The translations under genes were made by a program, and so were the position numbers. Below the pieces are notes generated by a model, which was not told where the DNA came from, did not search any database, and saw only the letters and a list, made by a program, of their open reading frames with translations. Below are positions 10,425-19,611 of a DNA stretch of 64,000 nt, one piece after another. Numbering within the stretch: position 1 is the stretch's first letter; every line of letters starts with the position of its first letter. The stretch is taken from contig JAKISS010000003.1 in the NCBI GenBank assembly GCA_021648485.1, forward strand, positions 3,988 to 67,987, given 5' to 3'. The stretch comes from Gammaproteobacteria bacterium (GTDB taxonomy: Bacteria; Pseudomonadota; Gammaproteobacteria; SZUA-152).

Positions 10425-11399
10425 TTAAATTGTCTGGTAATACAGGTTCTGAGGGTGGTTGGCCTGTGCGAAGAAGAACCAGCGTTCGGCAATGAGCCCC
10501 ACATATTGTACGGTAAAGGCTGATACTAACAATGCGGTTGCGTCATTACTTAAGCCCATGCCGATAAGTAGAAGAGGCAGCGGAAATACCAGCAGCAGGA
10601 AAACCCATTTAACGGACTTGAGAAAAGCCGCGCTCATACCATGGAAGTATTCACGGGTGTTAAATGAGCCACCCATGGAACCTTGGGATTGTTGTTGGAT
10701 ATTGTTGTGATGCACGCCAATGGCTGTGCGCAGGGTAGAACGATATTTGATGCGTTTATTGCGCAGTAGTGATGCGGTGCGGGTGAGCAGGGCCGCGAGA
10801 GTAAAGATGATGGCCCAAGTGCCAAACAGGCTGGTCAATTCCTGGCTGTATTGTGTGGCAAAGGCGGTGGCCAGGGTAAAGCCGGAACTCATGCCGAGCA
10901 AGGTGTAATTAATGGGGGTGAGTGGTGTGTGCCATTCCTGCAAAAATTTTAGGCAGGCGTAGATCATTCCAGTGCAAATAAACAGTGTGAAACACAGCAC
11001 GATACCGACGATGCCTACCATCAGTGTCAGACTGGTTTCGGGCAGCGCTGTTGTACCAAAGACTTTTGGGTTCCAGTTCAGATAATGCAGCAGGCCGTAG
11101 ATGAAGACGATACTCATAAAGGCTGGCAGAGCGATGACTTCGCGTGACAGCCATGAAGTACGCCACATGGCGGCGGAACGCCAGGCGCGTTCAGGATGAC
11201 CCAGGTGGAAAAACGAGGCGACCAGCCCTGCCACCAGCAGGCTTAATGATAATAGGCTGCCAGTGCTGTAAAAATGGTGTTCCTGTGCAGTCAGAGCACC
11301 TATATGGCTGAAAGCCTCGGCGGTGACCAGGGCCAGAAACAGGCCTTGACCGGCACCGATAAGAGTGGTTAAAAAAATAACCGAAAATGCAGGATGCAT
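10425..11399 (-). CDS. Integral membrane anchor subunit of a DMSO-reductase-family complex (DmsC/SoeC-like)
   Basis: 324 aa polytopic membrane protein encoded immediately downstream of the Fe-S and catalytic subunits. The size matches SoeC (~35 kDa). Confidence 0.6.
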   Translation of the reverse strand: MHPAFSVIFLTTLIGAGQGLFLALVTAEAFSHIGALTAQEHHFYSTGSLLSLSLLVAGLVASFFHLGHPERAWRSAAMWRTSWLSREVIALPAFMSIVFIYGLLHYLNWNPKVFGTTALPETSLTLMVGIVGIVLCFTLFICTGMIYACLKFLQEWHTPLTPINYTLLGMSSGFTLATAFATQYSQELTSLFGTWAIIFTLAALLTRTASLLRNKRIKYRSTLRTAIGVHHNNIQQQSQGSMGGSFNTREYFHGMSAAFLKSVKWVFLLLVFPLPLLLIGMGLSNDATALLVSAFTVQYVGLIAERWFFFAQANHPQNLYYQTI

Positions 11400-11417
11400 A
11401 AAATTTTCTCCGGGGTT

Positions 11418-12179
11418 TTACCAGGAAACAGAATCTTCCAGGAAAGGCGCATCCGGGTCGGTTCTGGGTAGCCGACCATCTTTTTTGAGCGGATTGTCTG
11501 CGCGTGTTAATTCGTCTTCGTGAAGTCTGATTTTGGTTTTGCGACGTGGTAAATAGTGGTTGGCTGGTTGTGTGCCCCATTCCGGCATCAATGGATAGCC
11601 ACCGCCTTCACATATTGCTTGTGAAACTTCGGATTCCGGGTCATGTACGTCACCAAACAGGCGTGCCGAGGTGGGGCAGGCCAGCACGCAGGCGGGTTTA
11701 CGTTCGGCTTCCGGCAGTGATTCGTCGTAGATGCGATCTACGCAAAGGGTGCATTTTTTCATCACTTTTTGTTTTTCATCGATTTCGCGTGCGCCGTAAG
11801 GGCAAGCCCATGAACAGTATTTACAGCCGATACATTTGTCGTAGTCCACCAGTACAATACCGTCTTCCTTGCGTTTGTAACTGGCTCCGGTAGGACACAC
11901 TGGCACGCAAGGCGGCTCTTCACAATGCAGGCAGCTTTTGGGAAAATGTACTGTTTCGGTGTTGGGGAATTCACCGACTTCATAGGTTTGCACGCGATTG
12001 AAGAAGGTGCCGGTGGGGTCTTTGCCGTAGGGGTTGTCATCCATCAACGAACCGGCAGCACCTGAAGTGTTCCACTGCTTGCAACTGGTGACGCAGGCAT
12101 GACAGCCAACGCACACATTTAAGTCGATCACTAACGCGAGCTGAGTCATGATATTCCCCATACCTTGTGGCGGTTGCAT
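11418..12179 (-). CDS. 4Fe-4S ferredoxin-type electron-transfer subunit (DmsB/SoeB-like)
   Basis: Four Cys clusters (CVGCHACVTSC, CLHCEEPPCVPVCP, CIGCKYCSWACP, etc.) typical of DmsB-family subunits. 253 aa. Confidence 0.85.
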   Translation of the reverse strand: MQPPQGMGNIMTQLALVIDLNVCVGCHACVTSCKQWNTSGAAGSLMDDNPYGKDPTGTFFNRVQTYEVGEFPNTETVHFPKSCLHCEEPPCVPVCPTGASYKRKEDGIVLVDYDKCIGCKYCSWACPYGAREIDEKQKVMKKCTLCVDRIYDESLPEAERKPACVLACPTSARLFGDVHDPESEVSQAICEGGGYPLMPEWGTQPANHYLPRRKTKIRLHEDELTRADNPLKKDGRLPRTDPDAPFLEDSVSW

Positions 12180-12258
12180 TTCGCAGGGAGGGCATTGTCC
12201 ACCAGAATACTTTCGGTGTTACTGCCGGTGGGCGATGCCCACCCTACGGTCAGTTGTA

Positions 12259-15186
12259 TCATGACTTTTTCCTCTTGCCGATGTTAAGGCTGGCAGGTTT
12301 TTTACCCGCAAAATAACTCAACCATGATGTGCGTTTTGCTTCTCCGGGCACGGGTAGCATAGTGTCAAATTGTGGTGAGCTGACGGGCGTTTCGTTGACA
12401 TCGGCTTTGTAAATACATACCCGCACGTCGTACCAGCCTGCCTGGCCGGTAATCGGGTCAGAGTTGGAAATGTGTTCACCAGCCTCGTGGGCAGGCAGTT
12501 CCTCTGAAATCAAATGATTAAGCAAAAAGCCTTTTTGCGATTCGTTGGCATCAGGGGTCAGGTTCCAGGCACCCGAGGCTTTGCCAATGGCATTCCAGGT
12601 CCATACGGTGCCGGGTTCCACGGCTTCGGAAAAGCGGCACATGCAGCGCACTTTGCCCCACTGTGATTCCACCCACATCCAGTCGCCGTCGTTGATACCT
12701 GCTGCATGTGCGGTTTTGGGGTTTACGTGCAAATAGTTATGTGTGTGAATCTGTCGCAGCCAGGCATTTTGCGAATCCCAACTGTGATACATCGCCATGG
12801 GACGCTGGGTAATGGCGTTGAGCGGATACTTATGCTTATCCGATAGTTGACTTTCCAATGGTTCGTAATAAAACGGTAGCGGATCAAAGTAGGTTTCGAT
12901 ACGTTTGCGCAAATGATCCGGTGGCTGTTTGCCTGCATACTTGCCTTGTGCGCTCAAACGAAATTTCTGTAACACCTCACTGTAAATATGAATGTTGATG
13001 GGGTCTGTGTAACGGGTCAGGCGATGGTATTGCGACCAGTCCAGATATCCCCGATTCCAGTTACGCATGTATTGGTATGATTTAGGTAATGTGTAATGGA
13101 ATACACAGTTATTTTTTTCGTACATCTCCCATTGCTTGGGATTGGGTTCGCCACTCATGATTTTTTCACCGCTCTTGCCGCGCCAGCCAGCGAGAAAGCC
13201 GATGCCGGAGCCAGGTTCGGTTTCAAAGTTGGTGACAAAATCCGGGTAGTCACGAAACTTGCGCGAGCCGTCTTTGTGGGTAAAGGCGGGTAAACCGAGG
13301 CGTGAGCCCAGCTCGATGAGTACTTCCTGAAAGGGTTTGCATTCACCTTTGGGAGGCAGCACCGGGATGCGTACAGAATCGGCCGGGCCATCGAATTCGG
13401 AAATGGGCCTGTCGAGCATGGACATCACATCGTGACGTTCCAGGTACGTGGTGTCCGGCAATACCAGGTCGGCAAAGGCGATCATCTCGGACTGGAAGGC
13501 ATCGCAGACGATGAGAAAGGGAATTTTGTATTCGCCGTTTTCATCCTTGTCGTTGAGCATTTTGCGGACTTCCGTAGTGTTCATCGTTGAGTTCCACGCC
13601 ATGTTGGCCATGAAAATCATCAGTGTGTCGATTTTGTACGGGTCACCACGGTGCGCATTGGTGATGACGTTGTGCATCATGCCGTGGACCGACAGCGGAA
13701 ATTCCCAGGAAAAGGCTTTATCCAGGCGTATGGGCTTGCCGTCGTCATCCACAAATAAATCGTTGGGGTCGGCGGGCCAGCCCAGTGGCATACCGCCAAG
13801 CGGGGTGTCGGGTTTTACCCCCTGAGGGCCATTGGGTGTTTTTGGGCAAGGTGGAATAGGGCGCGGGAATGGCGCTTTGTGGCGGAAACCACCAGGGCGA
13901 TCAATGGTGCCGAGAAGTGACATCAGAATCGATAGTGCGCGGATGGTTTGGAAACCATTGGAATGCGCGGCGAGACCACGCATGGCGTGAAATGACACGG
14001 GGTTGCCAGTGACTGATTCATGTTCCTTGCCCCAGGCATCGGTCCAGGCGATAGGCAACTCAATTTTTTTGTCGCGTGCGGTAATACCCATTTCGTGGGC
14101 CAGACGGCGGATGGTATCCACGGGAATGCTGGTGATGTCGGCGGCCCATTCCGGGGTGTAATCCTTGACTCGCTCCACCAGCAACTGGAAACCGGTTTTT
14201 ACAGGGGTGCCGTCGTCCAGGGTAAATTCGCCCAATAGCACCGGGTCAGCACCTTCTGTGTGTGTTTGTACGGCCTTGTCAGTATTACGATCCCACCACA
14301 TTTCATCGTGAGGGTAGGCTTTGCCCTCATCGTAATCATCACCCCGCATCAGCAGACCAAAATCGTCGCTGTCTGTATCGATATTGACGAGCTGGGCACT
14401 GTTGGAATATTGAATCAGAAAGTCACGGTCGTAGAGGCCGGTTTTTATAATTTCGTGAATCAGTGCCAGCAGCAACGCACCATCAGTACCGGGTTTGATG
14501 GGTACCCATTCGTCGGCGATAGCGGAATAACCGGTACGTACCGGGTTGATGGAGACAAAGTGACCACCGTTACGTTTGAATTTGGATAATTCGATTTTCA
14601 TCGGATTGGAGTGGTGATCTTCGGCGGTACCGAACATCAGGAATAATTTGGAGCGCTCCAGATCCGGGCCACCGAATTCCCAAAAGGAACCCCCAATAGT
14701 GTAGATCATGCCTGCGGCCATGTTTACTGAGCAGAAGCCACCATGGGCAGCATAGTTTGGTGTGCCGAAGTTTTTGGCAAACAGCCCCGTCAGTGCCTGC
14801 ATCTGGTCACGGCCAGTAAACAGGGCAAACTTTTTCGGATCAGTTTTACGTAAAAGCCTCAGGCGGGTCTCCATCATCTCGAAGGCCTCATCCCAGGAAA
14901 TGACTTCAAAATCCGATGCACCACGTTCTGCGCCTTCACGGCGTTTCAGGGGTTTGGTGAGCCGGGCCGGAGAATACTGTTTCATGATACCGGAGCTGCC
15001 CTTGGCGCAAATCACCCCTTTGTTGAGCGGGTGATCCGGATTACCTTGGATGTAACGTACTTCGCCATCACGCAGGGTGACACGAATACCGCAGCGGCAG
15101 GCACACATGTAACAGGTGGTGTTTTTGACTTCCAGGCCTTTTTCGAGAGCAACCTCCTGCCCGTTGGCAGTATTTGTTGTTGGCAT
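12259..15186 (-). CDS. Molybdopterin (bis-PGD) oxidoreductase catalytic subunit without a Tat signal; candidate SoeA (cytoplasmic sulfite dehydrogenase) type
   Basis: 975 aa. An N-terminal Cys cluster CYMCACRCG..(26)..C is the 4Fe-4S site of Mo-bisPGD enzymes. There is no twin-arginine motif. The three-gene layout (A 975 aa, B 253 aa, C 324 aa) closely matches the sizes of SoeABC in Allochromatium. moaA is co-oriented immediately downstream. The Soe assignment is inference from architecture only. Confidence 0.85.
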   Translation of the reverse strand: MPTTNTANGQEVALEKGLEVKNTTCYMCACRCGIRVTLRDGEVRYIQGNPDHPLNKGVICAKGSSGIMKQYSPARLTKPLKRREGAERGASDFEVISWDEAFEMMETRLRLLRKTDPKKFALFTGRDQMQALTGLFAKNFGTPNYAAHGGFCSVNMAAGMIYTIGGSFWEFGGPDLERSKLFLMFGTAEDHHSNPMKIELSKFKRNGGHFVSINPVRTGYSAIADEWVPIKPGTDGALLLALIHEIIKTGLYDRDFLIQYSNSAQLVNIDTDSDDFGLLMRGDDYDEGKAYPHDEMWWDRNTDKAVQTHTEGADPVLLGEFTLDDGTPVKTGFQLLVERVKDYTPEWAADITSIPVDTIRRLAHEMGITARDKKIELPIAWTDAWGKEHESVTGNPVSFHAMRGLAAHSNGFQTIRALSILMSLLGTIDRPGGFRHKAPFPRPIPPCPKTPNGPQGVKPDTPLGGMPLGWPADPNDLFVDDDGKPIRLDKAFSWEFPLSVHGMMHNVITNAHRGDPYKIDTLMIFMANMAWNSTMNTTEVRKMLNDKDENGEYKIPFLIVCDAFQSEMIAFADLVLPDTTYLERHDVMSMLDRPISEFDGPADSVRIPVLPPKGECKPFQEVLIELGSRLGLPAFTHKDGSRKFRDYPDFVTNFETEPGSGIGFLAGWRGKSGEKIMSGEPNPKQWEMYEKNNCVFHYTLPKSYQYMRNWNRGYLDWSQYHRLTRYTDPINIHIYSEVLQKFRLSAQGKYAGKQPPDHLRKRIETYFDPLPFYYEPLESQLSDKHKYPLNAITQRPMAMYHSWDSQNAWLRQIHTHNYLHVNPKTAHAAGINDGDWMWVESQWGKVRCMCRFSEAVEPGTVWTWNAIGKASGAWNLTPDANESQKGFLLNHLISEELPAHEAGEHISNSDPITGQAGWYDVRVCIYKADVNETPVSSPQFDTMLPVPGEAKRTSWLSYFAGKKPASLNIGKRKKS

Positions 15187-15390
15187 AAAAGTCGGGCCTT
15201 TATCTGTTGGCGGTGGGTTTTACTTGTGCCGCGTGTTATTCAAAAGCGGTCACAGAGTATATGTCAGCATATTTTGATATAGCCAATTACTGTGTTTGAG
15301 GTGGCAATAAGTAAATTGAATTACCTTGTGCGCGATAACAGGGCGCGTCGTTGTGCATTAACGTAACATTGGAAAATAGCGGCAGTTTGC

Positions 15391-15470
15391 GGGCCAGACT
15401 TAATCATATTCAGCGGGGTAGGGTGGAACAAGCGTAGCGGTTCCACCAAACGGGAAAGGGGCATATTCAA
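15391..15470 (+). repeat. REP-like element copy R1 (GCCAGACTTAATCA…GTAG-GGTGGAACAAGCGTAGCGGTTCCACC-AAACGGGAAAGGG)
   Basis: Imperfect palindrome GGTGGAAC/GTTCCACC preceded by GTAG. The same ~50–80 nt recurs at 29861..29940 and 20942..20972, with an inverted diverged copy at 15617..15646. Confidence 0.7.
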
Positions 15471-15616
15471 GATTTGATCAGCTGTCACTATTTACCGGTG
15501 AGTCGTTGTTGCATGAGGGCTTTTTCTCCTGTTTCAGACAATCGGGTTTTTGTGGCAGGATTCTTTTGTCAGCGGTCGTGAGCACAGAGGCGATTTATTG
15601 TTCTTTATAGCCTATT

Positions 15617-15646
15617 GGTGGAACCGCTGCGCTTGTTTCACCCTAC
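15617..15646 (-). repeat. REP-like element, inverted and diverged copy R2
   Basis: GGTGGAACCGCTGCGCTTGTTTCACCCTAC is the reverse complement of GTAGGGTG(g/a)AACAAGCG(t/c)AGCGGTTCCACC, with 2 mismatches. It lies about 170 bp from R1 in head-to-head arrangement. Confidence 0.6.
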
Positions 15647-15750
15647 AGTTTTATTCTGTATTGAATAGAGCGGAACAAAAAAATCGATAACACCCCGGCT
15701 CTATCCTCTTTCTGAGCAGGGTTTAGCCCGACGGCTATGGTGTTAACGCC

Positions 15751-15775
15751 CCTAGCCAGACTTAATCAAATTCAG
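15751..15775 (+). repeat. Second copy of the GCCAGACTTAATCA(a/t)ATTCAG module that accompanies the REP elements
   Basis: CCTAGCCAGACTTAATCAAATTCAG versus GGGCCAGACTTAATCATATTCAG at 15391. Seen directly in the sequence. Confidence 0.5.
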
Positions 15776-15849
15776 TTTGTTTTGGCTTGCGGGGAGTGGG
15801 TTTCTTGCAGATACGAAAAGCGTGCTCACGCTTATCTCGCGAGGTCAAT

Positions 15850-16719
15850 TTACGTGTTTAGCAATTGAGCACGAATAGTTTGAATGACCGGGGCTGTGTT
15901 TGGCCGCACACCACGCCAGTGAAAAAATGATTCTGCGGCCTGTTCCACCAGCATGCCCAGCCCATCCACGGATTTTTCCGCATCGTGCTGTTCGGCCCAG
16001 TGCATGAAGGGGGTCGGCCCGGCACTGTACATCATGTCGTAACACCAGGTGTTTGCCGTACAGGTTTCGTCAGGCAGTGGCGGAACTTCGCCTTGCAGAC
16101 TGGCAGCAGTGGCATTGATGATGAGGTCGAAATGTTGTCCCGCTAAATCATCGAAACCGCCACCAGTGAGGGTGCCCTGTTTATTGTCTGAGGTGTTGAA
16201 GTCCGCCGCCAGTTCATATGCCCGACTCGGGGTGCGGTTCACTATTAACAGTTGGGCAGGAATTTCCGCCAGCAGTGGTTGCAATACCCCGCGTGCTGCG
16301 CCACCGGCACCAACCAGCAGGATTTTTTTTCCGGCGATACTGCCGGCATGGTTTTGCAGGATGTCGCGCACTAATCCCACGCCATCGGTATTGCGGCCCA
16401 CTAACAGGCCTTCGGCATTCATTAACAGCGTATTGACGGCACCGGCCTGTTTGGCTTCCGGCCCCAGTTCATTGGCCAGTTTCCATGCTTCGCGCTTGAA
16501 GGGCACAGTGATGTTCAGCCCTTTGCCGCCATTGGCAAAAAAATTGCCCACAGCCTGCTCAAAACCGCCGGGGTCTACTTGTGTGGCGGTGTACACGATG
16601 CGCTGCCCGGTCTGTTGCGCGAAGGCAGCATGAATTTGTGGCGACCGGGAATGGCTGATGGGGTTGCCCATTACCGCGTAGGTATCAGCAGGTTTGTCGA
16701 AATCAAACAGGGAAGACAT
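15850..16719 (-). CDS. aroE: Shikimate dehydrogenase (NADP+)
   Basis: YAVMGNPISHSRSPQIHAAFAQQTG..., the NITVPFK motif, and the Rossmann GAGGAARGV motif are all typical of AroE. Confidence 0.85.
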   Translation of the reverse strand: MSSLFDFDKPADTYAVMGNPISHSRSPQIHAAFAQQTGQRIVYTATQVDPGGFEQAVGNFFANGGKGLNITVPFKREAWKLANELGPEAKQAGAVNTLLMNAEGLLVGRNTDGVGLVRDILQNHAGSIAGKKILLVGAGGAARGVLQPLLAEIPAQLLIVNRTPSRAYELAADFNTSDNKQGTLTGGGFDDLAGQHFDLIINATAASLQGEVPPLPDETCTANTWCYDMMYSAGPTPFMHWAEQHDAEKSVDGLGMLVEQAAESFFHWRGVRPNTAPVIQTIRAQLLNT

Positions 16720-16744
16720 ATTTTTACCCGCTTGGCCTTCCGTG

Positions 16745-18004
16745 TCAGGAAAAAATGGCCTTCAATGTAAAGAAGAAAATAATCGACAAAATGGCACCGG
16801 CTGGCAGGGTAATAACCCACGACATAAAAATAGTGCGTACAACATTGAGATTCAGCGCAGCGATACCCCGTGCCAGACCTACGCCGAGCACAGCACCCAC
16901 TAATGTATGCGTAGTGGAAATGGGTAATCCGGAACCCGAGGCAATAACCACAGTGGTCGCAGCGGCCAGGGTCGCGGCAAACCCGCGACTTGGTGTCAGT
17001 TCGGTAATGCCAGTGCCGATAGTGGCCATGACTTTGTGACCGTAGGTGACCAGACCGATGACGATGCCACCGGCACCCAGCAATAATACCCAGACAGGCA
17101 GCGGCGATTTTTGTGCCAGCTCGCCACCACTGCCAACGATACTGATGACGGCGGCTACCGGGCCGATGGCGTTGGCCACATCGTTGGAGCCGTGCGCAAA
17201 AGCCATGGCGCAGGCGGTAATTACCATCAATATGCCAAAGATTTTTTCGACGTTAGTGAAATGGAAGTCTTTGTCAGCGGCGGGATCAAACGTTAATTTG
17301 CTGATAAAATACTTGCCGATGAGCATCACAACCGCACCGGCCAGTAATGCGATCATGATGTTTTCACCGGCTTCAAGGTGAATGCCGACATGTTTTAGCC
17401 CCTTCATCAGGGTCACCAGCGCGATAATGAAACCCACCAGAAACATATAATAGGGTACGTAGCGTTTCGCATTTTTGAGCGGGTCAGTGGTCCCCAGAAT
17501 CAATTTTTGCACGCTGAAAAACAGCGCATAGGCGATACTGCCGGCCAGCACCGGAGAAACCACCCAGCTGCTGACGATAGTGCCGATTTTTCCCCATTTC
17601 ACAGCATCTACGCCAATGCCAACCATAGCAAAACCGACAATGGCACCAACAATAGTGTGCGTGGTGGAAACCGGCCATCCTAAACGTGATGCCACCAACA
17701 GCCAGATACCGGCTGCTAGCAGAGAAGCCAACATGCCGTAAACCAGTATCTCGGGTGAATTTGAAACATTGCTGGTTTCGATGATGCCTTTACGAATCGT
17801 GGCAGTAACCTCCCCACCAGCTAAAAAAGCTCCGGCAAATTCGAAAAAGACGGCAATAATGATTGCCTGCTTGACAGTGATCGCCTTTGACCCCACCGAA
17901 GTGCCCATGGCATTGGCGACATCATTGGCTCCTACACCCCAGGCCATAAAAAAACCGAACACGCAGGCGAGTACGATGAAAATCATTCCGTATTCCATGA
18001 TCAT
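16745..18004 (-). CDS. pit: Low-affinity inorganic phosphate transporter, PiT family
   Basis: 419 aa. Duplicated GANDVANAMGTSVG / GSNDVANAIGPVAA PiT signature motifs. Confidence 0.9.
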   Translation of the reverse strand: MIMEYGMIFIVLACVFGFFMAWGVGANDVANAMGTSVGSKAITVKQAIIIAVFFEFAGAFLAGGEVTATIRKGIIETSNVSNSPEILVYGMLASLLAAGIWLLVASRLGWPVSTTHTIVGAIVGFAMVGIGVDAVKWGKIGTIVSSWVVSPVLAGSIAYALFFSVQKLILGTTDPLKNAKRYVPYYMFLVGFIIALVTLMKGLKHVGIHLEAGENIMIALLAGAVVMLIGKYFISKLTFDPAADKDFHFTNVEKIFGILMVITACAMAFAHGSNDVANAIGPVAAVISIVGSGGELAQKSPLPVWVLLLGAGGIVIGLVTYGHKVMATIGTGITELTPSRGFAATLAAATTVVIASGSGLPISTTHTLVGAVLGVGLARGIAALNLNVVRTIFMSWVITLPAGAILSIIFFFTLKAIFS

Positions 18005-18011
18005 CTTCCCG

Positions 18012-18689
18012 CTACCTGGCCAGCATTAATTCAAGACGACTGCCGACCCGTTGTGCCAAGTCACCCAGGTCACCAATCCAGTCGATGATGCGATACAAAA
18101 ACATCACATCCACCGGATTAAGTTCGTTTTCGATGGCAAACAGTGAGGAGCGGATTTTGACCTGAATGGTATCGGTATCGCTTTCGATCTCGTCAAGTTT
18201 GTGAATCATGGCTTCGACAAGCTGTACTTCGTTGCCACGAAAACCGGTTTCCACCAGCTCATCGAGTTCATTAATTGCCTTTTGCGCTTGTGCCGAGGCA
18301 TCAATGGAGCGTGCAACGAATGCTTTGAGCAGCGGGCCGAAATCAGCCGGGAAACCCATTTCACGGCCGGTAATCAGCCCGGCGATATCTTTGGCTTTGT
18401 TGGCGATTTTGTCCTGCATGGTGAGCACTTCCAGAAGGTCACGACGGGACATAGCCATGAACAGGCTTCTGGGCATGTTAAGACGCAGCTCACGCTTTAA
18501 ATCATCAGCAGCATTTTCCAAGCGGGAAATTTCGGCCTGTTGTTTGCGTGCTTCGTCCCAGTCTCCAGTCAGTACGGCATCAAAAAAAGGCATGAGTTGC
18601 GTGATGCAGGCCTGCACGCTTTCCATGTGTTTTTGCAAAGGGCGAATCGGTGAAGCGCCGAACATGTTAGAAATAGTGGTGAAGGCCAC
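18012..18689 (-). CDS. DUF47/PhoU-like Pit accessory protein (YkaA-like), encoded upstream of pit
   Basis: Helical, PhoU-like protein directly upstream of pit in the same orientation. The ORF track extends to 19028, but that extension runs antisense through the phoB promoter. The start was chosen at GTG 18689 (AGGAG 5 nt upstream). The alternative is ATG 18665. Confidence 0.65.
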   Translation of the reverse strand: MAFTTISNMFGASPIRPLQKHMESVQACITQLMPFFDAVLTGDWDEARKQQAEISRLENAADDLKRELRLNMPRSLFMAMSRRDLLEVLTMQDKIANKAKDIAGLITGREMGFPADFGPLLKAFVARSIDASAQAQKAINELDELVETGFRGNEVQLVEAMIHKLDEIESDTDTIQVKIRSSLFAIENELNPVDVMFLYRIIDWIGDLGDLAQRVGSRLELMLAR

Positions 18690-18839
18690 GATGACTCCTT
18701 TGGATGATGTGTTATTGCGTTTTATTATATTTTTGTAACAAGTACTGCCGACTTTTGGTGTCTGCCGGGTTTGCGCTTGTGACCGGGTCGCTATGATAGC
18801 GCGCCCCACCGGTTTCGGGAACCGAACTGAGCCCTCAAT

Positions 18840-18866
18840 GGTAAATGTCATAAAACGGTAACATTG
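18840..18866 (+). promoter_or_regulatory. Candidate Pho box in the phoB / DUF47-pit divergent promoter region
   Basis: aTGTCATAAAACgGTaACAt approximates the CTGTCATA(A/T)A(T/A)CTGTCAC consensus, with 11-bp periodicity. It lies about 45–65 nt upstream of the phoB ATG. Confidence 0.35.
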
Positions 18867-18906
18867 TCCCGGTTTAATGCCATCATGCGATAGGCAGGGG
18901 GCGAAG

Positions 18907-19596
18907 ATGAGTGACAGCACAATACTGGTAGTGGAAGACGAGGCCGCGATTCGCGACATGATCGGCATGAGTCTGGAACGTGCCGGTTTTCGCTGGCTGG
19001 CGGCGGGCAGTGTGGAAGAGGCGCGCACTCTGCTGGCTGATAGTGCGCCGGATTTGTTGTTGCTGGACTGGATGCTGCCGGGTACCAGCGGTCTGGACTT
19101 TGCGCGTCAATTGCGGCGCGATGCCAGCAACTACGACCTGCCGGTGATCATGCTCACTGCACGGGATGCAGAAGAAGATATGGTGCGTGGCCTGGAAGGT
19201 GGTGTGGATGATTATCTCACCAAACCCTTTTCCACCCGGGAACTGATCGCGCGTATTAAGGCCGTATTACGGCGTGCCGGAGGAGGGGATGAAGCCCCCA
19301 TCACTCTCGGCCTGTTGACCTTGGAGCCCTCCAGTCACCGGGTGCGGGCAGGCAAGGAAAAAGTGGTGCTTGGGCCAACGGAATATCGTTTGTTACGATT
19401 TTTTATGCAGCACCCAGAGCGGGTGTTTGCCCGTGAGCAATTACTGGACCGGGTGTGGGGACGCACTGTCTACATCGATGACAGAACGGTTGATGTGCAT
19501 ATTCGTCGTCTGCGCAAGGCATTGGAGCCCCACAAGGCAGCGGGGCTGATCCAGACCGTGCGTGGTGCGGGTTATCGTTTTTCCGTGCAGACATAG
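18907..19596 (+). CDS. phoB: Phosphate regulon response regulator PhoB (OmpR family)
   Basis: MSDSTILVVEDEAAIRDMI... is the REC domain with the conserved Asp. A C-terminal winged helix follows. It is immediately followed by phoR. A start at 18907 gives 229 aa. Confidence 0.9.
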   Translation: MSDSTILVVEDEAAIRDMIGMSLERAGFRWLAAGSVEEARTLLADSAPDLLLLDWMLPGTSGLDFARQLRRDASNYDLPVIMLTARDAEEDMVRGLEGGVDDYLTKPFSTRELIARIKAVLRRAGGGDEAPITLGLLTLEPSSHRVRAGKEKVVLGPTEYRLLRFFMQHPERVFAREQLLDRVWGRTVYIDDRTVDVHIRRLRKALEPHKAAGLIQTVRGAGYRFSVQT

Positions 19597-19611
19597 GTAA
19601 CATTTACCGGT

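Noticed and set aside
16049-16633. 194 aa ORF antisense to aroE, and similar long antisense ORFs inside topA, the Mo-oxidoreductase gene, parE, parC and others
   Set aside because: They fall entirely within and opposite to genes with strong homology support. Their composition is typical of GC-rich antisense frames.
18690-19028. ORF-track extension of the DUF47 gene to 338 aa
   Set aside because: The extra 113 codons have no homology and run antisense through the phoB promoter and 5' coding region. An internal GTG with AGGAG gives the usual ~225 aa DUF47 size.
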